A program made the translations under genes and the position numbers. From the human T2T-CHM13v2.0 reference genome, Homo sapiens, in assembly GCF_009914755.1 (NCBI RefSeq), contig NC_060937.1: a stretch of 64,000 bases of DNA. The stretch is one strand, 5' to 3'. Below are positions 42,297-55,297 of this stretch, in pieces; the stretch's first letter is position 1, and each line of letters opens with the position of its first letter. The notes under the pieces were generated by a model that was not told the origin of the DNA, did not search any database, and saw only the letters and a list, made by a program, of their open reading frames with translations.

Positions 42297-42590
42297 TTAT
42301 TTAGAGAGAGAGACAGGTCTTTGTTGCCCAGGCTGGAGTGCAATGACATGATCATAGCTCACTGCAGCTTTGAACCCCTGAGCTCAAAAGGATCCTCCTG
42401 CCTCAGCTTTCTGAGTAGCTAGGACTACAGGTGTGCACTGCCATGCCCAGCTAATTTTTTTTAAATTATATTTTTAGAAACGGTCTTGCTATGTTACCCA
42501 GGCTGATCTCAAACTCCTGGCCTCAAGCTCTCCACCTTCCTTTGCTTCCTGAATTGTTGGGATGACAGTTGTGAGCCATTGTGCCCAGCC
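42293..42590 (-). mobile_element. AluJ (Jo/Jr-like)
   Basis: atgatcatagctcactgcagc, gctcaa..gatcctcc and tcttgctatgttacccagg are J diagnostics. Confidence 0.9.
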
Positions 42591-44632
42591 ATAACTCATT
42601 TTTGACTGAAGAGGATATAGTCTTTCTGTTCCACTGTCTCTGCTGGGCTTCTCATACACCCTTGGTCATTTAATTGACTGAGTTTTTGGCTCTCCTTCCA
42701 GTACAACCGTAAAATAACTAGAGCAGCTTGACCTGCACTACTGTTTTCTGCTTTGTGTAAATATGGATTTAGAAGAGGAGTGAGGTGGGGAGGGCATATA
42801 CGGCCTTTGTACCTGTGTTGCAGCTCCCTAGCTACATACAAATAACCACCCTTATTGAAACTACCCTTCAATAACCACTACTTGTATACTCACAGATTTT
42901 GGGTTTTATACATAAAATCTAGGAACATTTTATCTACCACAAATCCATCTATATCTTAACCATCATAAAATCTTGAGATTTGTCACTGATATCTTTCACG
43001 TGTAGATATCCTGTGCAAAATAATTTGCCTTTCTGAGATATCACACTTTCATGTGTATTATCCAGTAATTAGAAAACACAGTTTATAAAACAATAGTGAA
43101 TCATGTTACTTACATTCTCTCTATATACAATATGCCAGCATCGAATCTTCCAAATTTCAAAGATTCAATTAATTTTTAAATAATTTCATATTGCAATATA
43201 ATGCATTTTCTTCTTTAGTGAATTTTATATTTCTTTGGATTTTATCAGTTCTAATACATGTGTGGTAATATATATAATTATACATATTTATATAAACACA
43301 CACACACCTAATAAGTTTCAAAACCCACCTATTGTGTTCTATTTTCGCTTGTGGTATATTTTAAATAGTAGAACTTCACCTGGTAGAGTCATCAAGTTCT
43401 CTAAAATTATAATATGACATTAGGTTCTAAAGAGAGAATCAGATGTCATGGATTATACTTTCAGATGCTCGATACCAATTTTTTATGATCTTGGAAAAAC
43501 GAATCAACTTGTAGAGTCATACAAACACATTTAATGGTTTGAGAATAAGTAACAATTTAATTATGTTTTAAAATGTAAGATATATTAAATAAGCTGTTCA
43601 TAATCTTATTATTTATTCTTCACTGTATGGATATATTAGAGTTTATTTGAATTTTTATTTATGCAAGTTACCTAAGAATAGTGCTTAGAAGTTCTTGTGG
43701 GAATTCAAAAATTGGATTCCTCAGTTGTTTAGGCAAGAAAATACAAATTAGCAGAATTTCTGCAAGGCAGCTGGGACATTTACCCAATTTCAGTAAATGT
43801 GGTAGAATTTTCTCTCTATGCTATTCTGCAGACAAAGAGGATTTAGAACTACTTTTGGCTGCACAAGAAGGATATTTCTGTATATTGCAAACAAAATGCA
43901 GCCACCACTGAATGAAAAAAATCGTTTCAAAATAAAACACGCATGTTACCTTTTTTTCTACTTGCTTTTCTGTTAAAGAAATAATCATGCTCATTGCTGA
44001 AAGTCACCTCCAAATCAACATAAACATACAATTACTACTCTGGGGTGAGAATTTTCTTTTTTTCTATAAGCAGAGTATGAAATGGCTTTAGATGTCAAGA
44101 AATAGAATAGCGGAAATGAGGTGATTACTCATTTAAGCCAAATGGAAAACTGTGTCTAATTGTCTAACTGCTCCATTGACTTCAAATAGTCTGCAGACAG
44201 TCACAGACTCCTGATACGTTTAATGCACTCCCAAGGAGCTAAACAGACCTTCTGCAGTATTGAATTTCCATGGGAATTCAAAACATGATTCTTATTGCTT
44301 CTGTGTTTCTTCTCGTCATCCTCAGTGCTAATTTCTTTCAATCACACATAAATTTTTTGGTTCATAGTTTACCTTGGTTTCTTGGAAACTGGCAGAGAAA
44401 ACAAAAGCTTAGGAGTAGTAGTATCAAAGTAAAATTAGAATATCTCTTTTTTAGTTTACATCTAAGCAAAACACACTGGCATCATTTTTGGTCTCTCAAA
44501 TCGAACTGTGACTATTACTAGTACTCGGTATTTATTCAACCATTCAAAAAGATTTTCTTTCATAGATGCTGTTCAACTTCCTAACAGCACTGACCTTCTT
44601 ACCAGTAAAGAAAATATTTTAAGAAATAACTT

Positions 44633-44949
<317 letters not shown>

Positions 44950-46614
44950 TTATCTTCTTTTTCTTTAATGTTCAAATTAGCTGAAGCAAAAATTAAACAG
45001 CTATCCAGCAGTTAATACACTAAACAAAACCAATTTAAATAATAGTTATCCTGGCAGAATTGTTGAAAATTCTACATTGTTTTGACTGGCCCTAGAGAAA
45101 AATCTGATTCAAAAATAACCAAAAATATTCAATGAAAATATATAATATTCTAAATTGAAATTGCTTAAGTTGTGTAACATTTTCTTATCATGATAAAATA
45201 AAAATCTAGAACAAGGAAATCATAATTATTTTCCTTTGAATATGATGTTTTATGTACATTTTATACATATATTTAGACTGTAAAACAATTAGAATAATAA
45301 AATAATAAAACTAAGCTCAATTTTTAGATTATGTATCCACTTTGTCTTTTGTTAAAACAGTATTTTTTTGGTTTCAAAGAAAATCTTTTATATAAAAATT
45401 GAAGAAAAAAATACTTAGGCAATATTATAAGGCACTTCCTGGATCAGGTTATACCAAAACACACATACCACAATGTATGTTTCTTTGAAAATAATATATG
45501 TTTGAAAATAATTTATGGAAATTATATCTCTGTTTTCAGTAAATAATGACAAATGAGCTCATAATTTAATAAAATGAAGCAACACACTTAAAGACACTAA
45601 AAATATTTTTGATAGATAATATCAGACACAGATATCAGTACACTGGAATGATTGACTATTTGTAACATATATTACTAGTAGCAGCAGTGAGAGGTAGAGA
45701 GTAGATAAACATAATAGAAATATCAAGATTCTTATGACTTAAAATTTAATAAGTCAAAAAGAACAAATGGAATTTTATTTGTATAGTCTTAGAGGAAAGT
45801 TGATCGACCAGAATGAAAACTATTCGTACAGAAATTAAGAATGTAAGAAAATAAATTGTGCCGAATATTGTAATTTAAGAGCAAGTATTTATACTAAAAT
45901 TGATTAGAACATTAGAATTTCTGGATCAAATGTGGACTGTCATATATTATCAGTGGACACCAGTGGAACAATAACCATGTGAAGATTTTGGAGACTCCTG
46001 TCTCCTCCAATCCAGATAACCTAAAATATAACAACAGGGAGGGATGTTACTTACAAGACGTAGTAAAACTCACCTGACTAAGAAGTCCTGCAGTTCTGAC
46101 AATGAGTTTGACTAATGGTAAGAGCTGTGTGAATAGGTAGTGACAAGCAGCTCTGCAAAACCATTAGTTTTTGTTTGTTATATTTATCAAATTGACAAAC
46201 ATTTTTCCAGCAGCAAGCATCTCCATTCCTTTGTATTTCTTTTACCTACCTAGCAAAATCAGTTTATAATTCCAAAGGCAGAAACTATTTCATTCATATC
46301 CTGAGCTCTTAGCATGCTTTGGTTTTGTAGTGATGCGGTAAGGGCAGATAATGCATCTGCAAAATGAATGAGCTGCTCTAGGTAGAACATAAAACAGTTC
46401 TTTTTACATGATCTACACTATTTAATTGGGTCATAATCATTTTCTCTTAGTTATATTTTATATTAACTTTTATTAAATCAATTTAGCATAAATGTTACAT
46501 TATTATGTGTTTAAATATCACCCATCATTTCTGTAAAATTGAAACAAAGTAGAAACAAATTAAGAAAGCAGTTGCTTTTCTTAGGAATCTTTATACTGAA
46601 AAATTCCTTAACTT

Positions 46615-46702
46615 GTTCCTTCTTCCCTTGCTCCCTTTCTTTTCTCCCTTTCTTTCATCTTCCTTCCTTCCTAGCTTCCCTTCCTCCTCTCTTCCTTCCT
46701 TC
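46615..46702. repeat. Polypyrimidine (CCTT/CT-rich) low-complexity tract
   Basis: Direct reading. Confidence 0.85.
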
Positions 46703-48439
46703 TGGACAAATATGTAGTTTACTTGATCTTGTTTGTAGAGGTTAGGAGAACAAGACAGAAATACAACACTAGTGCTCATTTAGCTTTAATCATTTTGGAA
46801 GAGATGTAAGATACAAATATGAATATTATGTAAGATAATTTGAGTGCTATGATTTTCCCTGGGTCTATAAAGACTCACACTTCCTGATTTTCCTTTGTTT
46901 ACCTAAATCTAGTAGCTAATGAGTTTCACAGAAGACAAAATTCCTACATCAAAATAAAATTTCCCTTTAAATTACCTCAACTAGAAAATCCTTGTAGTTC
47001 TCATGCAACCCAATATTCTGAGCCTGTTCCCCCATTTCACCAATCACCTTTACCTCCTTCAGTCCCCAGGCTCCCAGGACCCTTTTAAGAAAGCCTGTGG
47101 CCCTTACTTAAAGAGGAATGGACACCGATACATATGTCCAGCAGAAACTGGAAGTGATGTATTACATCTATGTGCCTGTTAATAATTAAATAAATACTTT
47201 AAAAAGGTATTGCAACTGCTAAAAATCTAAGAACGCAGTTTGAAATTAAATACTATTAATATTTACTTTGAAGTCATTGTTTTTCTTCTTATAATTCGTA
47301 TTATGTGGGTTAAGCTAGCAATTGACTTTTGGAGTATTCCAGACATGAGATCATTATACCTCTGGATTTCTATAAAAGTTGTTCACCACTACAACCTACT
47401 TGTCTGAAGCCTGGAACAAGGGGATACCTTCACTCAACAAAAGAAAATACCAGTATTCCAGAGCCTCTTTAGACAGAAAATTCTGAATTGATACCTTGCC
47501 ATGAATTTGGTTGAGAGAAATGCTATGGAGAGGATATTATCTTTATTACATAGTACACATTTACTCTTCTATGTATTATGAGTTCTATCTCTGAGTTCAT
47601 CTGGTGGTCAGAAATTTGACCATTTCACTGTATTAACCAATTCTTTTACAGACTATCCTTTACATTTTGGTATTTATTTCACGGCTTTTTAATTTTAATA
47701 TATCTTTTATTAAAGCACATATACTTACAGAATACTGCCCATGAGATGCATGTACGATTAGATGAAATTTCATGTTACTGACATGAAGACCAACAAGAAT
47801 ATTACAGGGTTGCCTCAAAATAATTTTCGTCTTCATTTTCTTAATACAGATCTTTAGAACCTATGAATTTTTGCCTTCATTTTTCAATGGTATTTTTCCT
47901 GGGTTCAGGATTTTTGGTTATTTCCGCTTAGAAAGAAGTCAATCCATCGTCTTTTTACTTTCGTGATTTCTATTGAGAAGTTGGCTGTCAATCTTATGCT
48001 TGCCCATTTGAAGAAATTATGTCTTCCTTTTTTCATTAACTTTTTCCCTTAGTTTACATATTTTCTTTTAACTTCTGTTTTTCTCTGTTTTCTGTGTCTA
48101 ACCTAATGTTACTATAATCTAGAGCTATTAATTTCAGATGTCTTATTTTTCAGCCCCAGAATTATTATGTTTCCCTTTACTGTTCCTAATGAGCGCACTC
48201 TATATTTTCATCTACTTTGTCCATCCATTTTAAAAATTTTTAATAGTCATTGTAAAATCCTCATCAGCGAATTTCAATTTCTGTTTGATGTGTAGTTCTG
48301 TTTTTATTTTCTATTAGTTCTCTCCTCCTTGGCTTTCAGCCTATCATTTAGTGTAGCTAGTAATTTTTGATTATGTTTCAACATTGACATAGTATATAAA
48401 AATTGTAGAGTCCCCATAATATTATCACGCTCTAGGCTA

Positions 48440-48630
48440 ACCATTGGTAAACTATAGTTCATGGGCCAAATCTGGCTAACTTGTTTTGTTTTTGTAAATA
48501 AAGATTTATTGGAAAACAGCCACACTTTTTCATTTACATATTGTCTATGGCCACTTTCACAATACAATGGCAGACCTGAGAAGCTGCAGGAAGAGACAAT
48601 ATGGACCACTGAGCCAAAAACCCTCTGGCA
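48440..48630 (+). mobile_element. MER58A hAT-Charlie MITE
   Basis: ggtaaactatagttcatgggccaaatctgg...tttgtaaataaagatttattggaaaacagccacac...catttacatattgtctatggc. Confidence 0.82.
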
Positions 48631-48900
48631 ATAAAACAGTTTCTGCTCAGCTCAATCTAATCAGAGACTTGCTATATCACAGCTGTGTTGAGTCCTAGCA
48701 AGTGCATTCTATCTACGTTCTTCCCTCGACTTTTAGGGTGTAAAATAAGATCACAGTGGGTTTTTTAGGGCCCTTTTCCTTAATGATTTTTTCTTTTTTT
48801 TTGTCTCAGAAAACTGAAAAAAATGCTCTGTTGTGTTTTCCATAGGCTGTCAACTTAGGTGGTTAGTCTTGGAATCCCAGTATTCTGCACACGTCATTAG

Positions 48901-49612
48901 GAAAAAAATTAAAAAGCAAAATGAAAAGTAAATTTCACATTCCTGTTATATATGGTAACATTTGATAAAAGTTAACTGCAGGATGTTAGCTGAGAGACAG
49001 GGAGTGGTTGGTGGTGGATTAGTTCTCCTTCCTTACCAAATAGCAAAAAAGAACATTTTATAAAACTTAACTGCAGGATGCTAGTTGAGTGATCGGGAGT
49101 GATTGGTAGCAGACTAGTTCTCCTTCCTTACCAACTAGAAAAAAAAGAATAAAACAGAAAAAAACATCTCTAAGAAAGCAATGGGAGCTGCTGAAGCAAA
49201 CCCTGGATGTCTGCAATCCCTGTAGTATCTGCAAAAAATATTTGTCAGTTTTGTTTTTCTCTCAGTTATCCTCACTTGACATGTAATCTGGATGGTCAGC
49301 CTCTTGTAATGAACCAGAATTAACAAATTGCTTCATAGTAACATTGGCAGTTCAGCTCACTTATACAAGGTTCTCCACTCTCAGTAGTCTTAATGCCTCA
49401 AGTTCTCTTTGCCTCCACAACCCCCATTGCCTTCTTAGCGACGTTTTTTTAAAAATTTTATTCTTTTTTTATAGTTGGCAAGGAAGGAAAGCTAGTCTAC
49501 CACCAATCACTCCATATCACATAGCTAATACCCTCCAATTAACGTTTATCGGATGTTACTATGTATAACAGTCATGCGAAATTTGCTTTTTATATTAGTT
49601 TTCTTTTTTCCC
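48901..49612. repeat. Long imperfect inverted repeat (arms 48901-49200 and 49408-49612) with a 95-bp tandem duplication in the left arm
   Basis: e.g. ggagtgattggtagcagactagttctccttccttaccaacta versus tagttggcaaggaaggaaagctagtctaccaccaatcactcc, and ctaagaaagcaatggg versus cccattgccttcttag. Confidence 0.9.
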
Positions 49613-50158
49613 CATAGACCTGCTTTCAACCTCAAAACATTCATTTTCTTCTATATGTTTTGCTTTGTAAGCTACTTCAAATCATTCTTGGGAATTGGAC
49701 AGCAACAAAGACATTTAATCATTAAAAGGAAGACATTAAAAATGTCTATTCTTGCATTTAGATGGACTTTATAATAACAATTTAAATAGAAAATGAAATT
49801 CTTTTCAACAGCAGTATATTTATATTCATTCTTTCACACCTTCTTTCAAAAGCAGTCTGACAATAAAATGGAAGTAAGTGATTCTTTATAAACAGAGCCC
49901 TTTAGGAATGTCCTTTGATCCAGTTAACACCTATTTATTCCCTTACCATTCAGTGTACTTACAGTTTTTCCTAAAATTTGTAAATACTTCTCTTTTTTCC
50001 ACCCTAAATACAATTGTCACTTTCTTAGCCTTAGTCATGTAATTTTCATCTGGAACTTATTTACAAATGACCTTTCCAAAAAAACTGCTATTTTGTAACC
50101 CTGCTCCGGTTAGGGTTAGTTGGCTCTTATCATTAAATAAGTTTGGTTGTTAGCACTA

Positions 50159-50620
50159 TGTAAGGTTAAATATGAATAATTAATTGTTTGTCTTAGGCAC
50201 TGGCTCTTGGTAGAGACTCGGCAATAGCTAGGCTTTTTCTTATTTGCAAGGCTCTTATATCGCTTGGAACCCGTAGAGTACGCCAACAAACACCACAGGG
50301 TGGTGTGGAGAAGCACTGTTTTTAATGACCGCCTGGTTACAGAAGGGCTGAGGCCTAAAATGGCGTCAGCACCAGTGAGGACAGGGCAGGGGTTTTATAG
50401 TCTCCTGTAAACGGGAAGTGATGTAACTGCTACACAGCACCTGGACAGCCTCTCTCTCGGTCTTCAGGGGGTATGTGTCTTCTGGCCAGCTCCCGTCCTT
50501 CTTCTGTTATCTTGCTGATGCACACTACTGACACAAATGGTCTTGCGCCTTGGGACTGGGCCTGAGAAGGGAGGAGTTATTCATTCCCTTAAGCTTTCAG
50601 GCCCCAGGGAGAATCTTTCA
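50159..50620 (-). mobile_element. Solo ERV LTR, probably LTR32 (ERVL)
   Basis: Minus strand begins TGAAAGATTCTCCCTGGGGCCTGAAAGCTTAAGGGAATGAATAACTCCTCCC and ends in CA. TATAAAA at about 50393-50399 and ATTAAA at about 50321-50326 on the minus strand. Family name from memory. Confidence 0.72.
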
Positions 50621-51049
50621 CTATTCTTTTGTCAAAGGTATTCCAAGTTCTAATGTTGCCCTTCCTAATTTTATTTCATACATTTTTCTAATGTTTAATT
50701 TTACCAAATATTGTTTCATAAAAATGTTTGGTTAATATAATGCAGTATGAAGAGACTCAAATTTATCAAGAAACTAATATGACCCAGGTACTGTGCTAGT
50801 TTTTTACATACATTTTCTTTCTATTTAATTCCCTGTGTTGTTACTCATGTTTAATACATGAGAAAATTAAGCTGGAAAAAAGTTAAATAAATCTCCTTTG
50901 GTTAGTCCCCAAGTGATCATTATCATACTTTAAAATTTACTGATAATTCTTTAATATACATAAATACTAATGTTTATTTTCCAAATTGTCTTGTAACAGG
51001 GATCCTCATGCATTGTATGCATTATGATTGATGATATCTGTTATCTTTT

Positions 51050-51433
51050 ACTTTTATCTATTGCTGCATAAAAAATCCTTCTAAACTTCAGTGGCTTAAA
51101 ACAGAAACATACTGCTTTTCTCTCAGACTTCAGTGGATTGACTGGACTCTGACGGGTAGTTCTTATTTGGAATTTCTTATGAGGATGCAGTCAGATGGTG
51201 GTTGGACTGGAGCAGCGGTGTGCTAGAGTCAGTTTTTGCTAGTGCAAAAGACAACTTTGTGCATGTATTTCTAGTTTTGCCTCCGGTGATGTCACATTGA
51301 TAGCTAGAAACAGCCAGGGTAGTGGTAGTTCAATGAAGATTGAAATTGCCATGAATCAAGGCTCTATATCCACAGCCCACCTTTGGAAACTGGATCTATC
51401 AGCAAATCACTGGACTGAAATCATTTGAAGGCT
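51050..51433 (-). mobile_element. MLT1 (G/H-like) LTR fragment interrupted by MER63
   Basis: tctattgctgcataaaaaatccttctaaacttcagtggcttaaaacag...atgaggatgcagtcagatggtggttggactggag | tcatttgaaggct. Confidence 0.7.
51213..51412. mobile_element. MER63A-like hAT (Blackjack) MITE
   Basis: TIRs CAGCGGTGTGCT ... AGCAAATCACTG. 8-bp degenerate TSD GACTGGAG / GACTGAAA. Confidence 0.7.
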
Positions 51434-51760
51434 AAGTATTGCCAAATTCTCTTTCTAGAAGTGTGTAATTGCATATGCCATCCACGTACTTACCAACAAT
51501 GTACGGAAATGTCTGTCTCCTCATGGCCTGACAGACATATTATATTACCAATCTTTTGGATTTTTGTAAATCTAAGAGGTAAGAAATTGCATTTCAGCAC
51601 AGTGTCCACTTGCATTTTTTCTTACTATGAGTCAGGTAGAGCATCTCTTCATTTACAGTCTTTTGCATTCTTTTTCTATCAATTATCTATTGATACCTGT
51701 TATTCATTTTTCTGTAACGTTTTTATTCTTCTAAGTACAGCATAGAATATTATATCTTAT

Positions 51761-51967
51761 TATTTATAATACAATGATATTATTGTATCATAAATACTTT
51801 TTTTTCTGGTTGGTAAGGAAGAAGAACTAGTCTACCACCAATCACTCCATGTCACTGGAGCAGTGGTGTGCTAGAGTCAACTTTTGCTGGTGCAAGAGAC
51901 AACTCTGCATCTATTTCTAGTTTTGCCTTCAATGATGTCACGTTGATAGCTAGAAACAACCAGCGTA
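51761..51967. repeat. Composite locally templated insertion (hairpin + copy of the 49-kb unit + copy of 51206-51321)
   Basis: Direct alignment of the three parts; see findings. Confidence 0.88.
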
Positions 51968-52212
51968 CTGTCCTTTCATCTCCTTTTTAAAAATTAAATG
52001 TTTGCATTGCCACAGATGGATATGCTTGCTTTGTTCCTGATTGGGGAAGGTATTCAGTCTTTCACCATTAAGTATGATGTTAACTGTTAAACATTTGTAG
52101 ATGCCTTTAATCAACTTTGAATAGTTTCCCTCTATTGCTATTTTGCTGAAACTGTACATCGTCAATGTGGATGTTTGATTTTGTCAAATGCTCTTTATAC
52201 ATTAATTGATGT

Positions 52213-52890
52213 TGTGTCTGGAATTGGTGGGTTCTTGGTCTTGCTGACTTCAAGAATGAAGCCGCGGACGCTCGCTGTGAGTGTTACAGTTCTTAAAGAT
52301 GGTGTATTCGGAGTTTGTTCCTTCTGATGTTCAGATGTGTCCAGAGTTTCTTCCTTCTGGTGGATTTGTGGTCTGCTGGCTCCAGGAGTGAAGCTGCAAA
52401 ACATCCTGGTGAGTGTTACAGTTCATAAAGGCGGTGCATCCTGGGTTGTTTGTTCCTCCCGGTGGGTTCGTGGTCTCGCTGATTTCAGGAGTGAAAGCTG
52501 CAGACCTTTGCAGTGAATGCTACAGCTCATAAAGGTGGCATGCACCCACAGAGTGAGCAGCAGCAAGATTTATTGCGAAGAGTGAAAGAACAAACATTAC
52601 ATATGATTGAAAGGGACCCCAGTGGGTTGCTGCTGCTGGCTAGGGTTGTCTGCTTTTATTCCCTTATTTGGCCCCACCCACATCCTGCTGATTGGTCCAT
52701 TTTACAGAGTGCTGATTGGTCCATTTTACAGAGTGCTGATTGGTCCGTGTTGACAGAGTGCTGATTGGTGCGTTTATAAACCTTTAGCTAGACATAAAGT
52801 GCTGGTTGGTGTGTTTACAATCCTTCAGCTAGACAGAAAAGTTCTCCAAGTCCCCACCGGACTCAGAAGCCCAGCCAGCTTCACATCTCA
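52213..52890 (-). mobile_element. LTR12 (HERV9) solo LTR, short form
   Basis: tgtgtctggaattggtgggttcttggtc...; 24-bp repeats gctgattggtccattttacagagt; 4-bp TSD ATGT. Confidence 0.93.
52650..52812 (-). promoter_or_regulatory. LTR12 U3 promoter/enhancer with tandem CCAAT (NF-Y) boxes
   Basis: Four ATTGG (CCAAT on the minus strand) in 24-bp units, upstream of the AATAAAAG TATA-like box. Activity not shown. Confidence 0.6.
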
Positions 52891-54480
52891 ATGTGATCGT
52901 ATATTTTTTCTTCTTTAGTCTATTGATAATGAATTTCATTTTGATGAACATGTGTTAAATCATTTCAGAAACTATGTTGGGTGTGTTTTCCAAATGTCAG
53001 TCTTCATTTTCTTTATAAACAAGCCACTCCTTCAATTATGTTCCTTAAAGAAAGGGTATGTGTAGGTGAAGAAGAACCTCTCATGTTTTTGTGCTGAGTT
53101 TCATGTCCTATTCCACTTCTGCCTGATGTAGGCTGAAAATAATGGAAGACAGTGTCCTTGGAACATGGCTGCTATCTTTGCAAGGATGTGCACAAATTGG
53201 GAAAGTGAATTGACAGGAGAATGAATATGTGGCCTTGTCACTCACCCAAATAGAAAATGATTTACTGCAATTGCATTCACTATATAACTGTTTAGAATTG
53301 TCTAGCTAGAGGATAGGAGAATGTAAATAGAAGTACAATATATAGTAGATCAAATGTAAAATTCTATGTTGAATATGCCTTCACCAGAGTCCAAGCAAAA
53401 GAGCTTGAGGAAACTCTGAAGGTTTTATTTCAGTGTTTCATTTTGTTCCATCGTCCTGTGTTTCTCTTATCTCTGCTGGAATATGTCCATTTTCCCTCCA
53501 CCTTAATTTAAATCTACATGTAAATTTCTGAAAACTCCTCTCTTTAGGATTAGTTGTTGCTCCATGATCTGTCATTGCTACTGATTAGTTCCTTTCCATA
53601 AATCTGAACTGCTCACTCACTCTCAAATGATGACTGGGGTAAGCTAGCAGGGAAATATAAACTAACATTTACAGACTTAGTCCAGATGAGGTGGTAAAAG
53701 GAGAAGAAATCTGGTTTGATTCAAGGTCTGAATACTGCCTGAGTTACATAGAAACATGCTTTTACTTTCAATTGTTTATGGATAACTTTGATTACTCAGA
53801 CACAAACACAAGGACAAGTGTTGATTACATGTGACACGATACTCTGAGAAAAAAGAAGAGAAAAGCACAACTTCCAAAGCATGTTTCTTGTAATGGAATA
53901 GACAATTTTAATACAAAATATTCTTTTGGTCTTTTTTTTTTGTTCATTTACAGCCCTAGTTTCTTTGCTTGAGCCTCTCAGTAATAAAGAAAAAGTGATA
54001 GTTTTTTAAATCCCTTTTTTATCTAATCAAAAATTTTATAATCTCTCTGTACCACTTAAAGACATGCTCTTTCACTTTTATATATATATTTATTTCGATC
54101 AAAATGCATACATTAAAAGAATAAAATTAAGCCAACATACAGAGAATTTCTGTAATTACTTAATACTTTTCTTCAACTTTATAGAAGATGAGACCCTGTT
54201 ATCTACCATCTTCAAGATTAACAAAACAAGTAAAATTTTCCTAAAGGGAGTTTTTAGTAACCTCTAAATAAATATTTTTGAACTAGTGATAAGAGTTTGA
54301 GAGCACTGGCAGTAGACAGATTATATTGTACATTCATTATGTTGTAATCTTAATATGAGATGAATCATTTAAAGGCTGAGATAAGACTCATTCTAGAGTT
54401 TTTCTTTCCACTTAGTATTTCAAATAGCATCATATTAGATATGTGAGAATTCTACTAATACATACTTTTTCTATTGCACT

Positions 54481-55085
54481 TGTAAAGCAAAAAATCGAAA
54501 GCTAGCCCCCCAACTAACTGAATGGACCTCTCCTCTCTGCCAGGGAACTCCAAAGGTAACCTGAAAAACTGGTTCAGGCCATGAGGACAAGAAAGAGTCT
54601 GAAATGCCTCATTATGCACCCTCCCCTAGCTTTTGGAATTCAGGAAAAGGCAACCAGCATTTAACATCAACACAGACCTTAAGTCTGATAAGAAACATGG
54701 ATAATCTATTGTCTCTGAAGCCTGCTATCTGGAGGTTTCATCTGCCTGATAAAATGTTGTTCCCCTTAGTATAACCCAGATATTCCTTTCTATCGATAAT
54801 AACTCTTTCAATCAATTGCCAATCAGAAAACTTTTAAATTGGCCTATAACCTGGAAGTCACACCGCCACTACTGCCTTTCTGGACCCAACCAATGGATAT
54901 CTTACATGTATTTGATTGATGTCTCGTGTCTCCCTAAAATGTATAAAGCCAGGCTGTGGATGACCTCCTTGGGCACATGTTCTCAGGATCTCCTGAGGGC
55001 TATGTCACAGGCCATGGGTCACTCATATTTGGCTCAGAATAAATCTCTTCAAATACTTTACAGAGATTGACTCTTTTCATCAGCA
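54481..55085 (+). mobile_element. MER4-family (MER4B-like) solo LTR
   Basis: tgtaaagcaaaaaatc...acagaccttaagtctgataagaaac...ggtcactcatatttggctcagaataaatctcttcaaat...ca. TSD CACT/AACT. Confidence 0.87.
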
Positions 55086-55116
55086 AACTGATATTTGTTG
55101 CATATTGTAAGGAAGG

Positions 55117-55297
55117 TCTTTTCTGGGAAACAAAAAGAAAAACAAAAAGGATGGGAGGAAACCACTATATGAACCCAGGTGAAGATATGATAATTTTTAA
55201 GTCACTCTTTTTTTATTGGTAAGTCAATATTTAAAAATTGCAAATTATATTAATGTTACATGCTTACATGGGGGAATAATAACATCCTGGAACAAGG
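55117..55297 (+). repeat. Source arm of a ~180-bp inverted duplication
   Basis: Reverse complement of 56123-56305, with about 15 differences by hand count. Confidence 0.95.

Larger units (their letters stand above)
51435..52960 (-). mobile_element. Antisense L1M ORF2 fragments (about 51435-51735, 52010-52212, 52895-52960) hosting later insertions
   Basis: ttgccaaattctctttctagaagtgtgtaattgc... and attcagtctttcaccattaagtatgatgttaactg. Confidence 0.7.

Noticed and set aside
42105-42422. YI/CV-rich ORFs here and at 21517-21750 and 55984-56477
   Set aside because: Translations of (TA)n/(TG)n repeats.
52687-52770. 24-bp direct repeats (and the 20-bp units at 56.0 kb) as a CRISPR-like array
   Set aside because: Contiguous tandem units with no unique spacers. 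The 24-bp set is the normal LTR12 U3 repeat, and the DNA is human.
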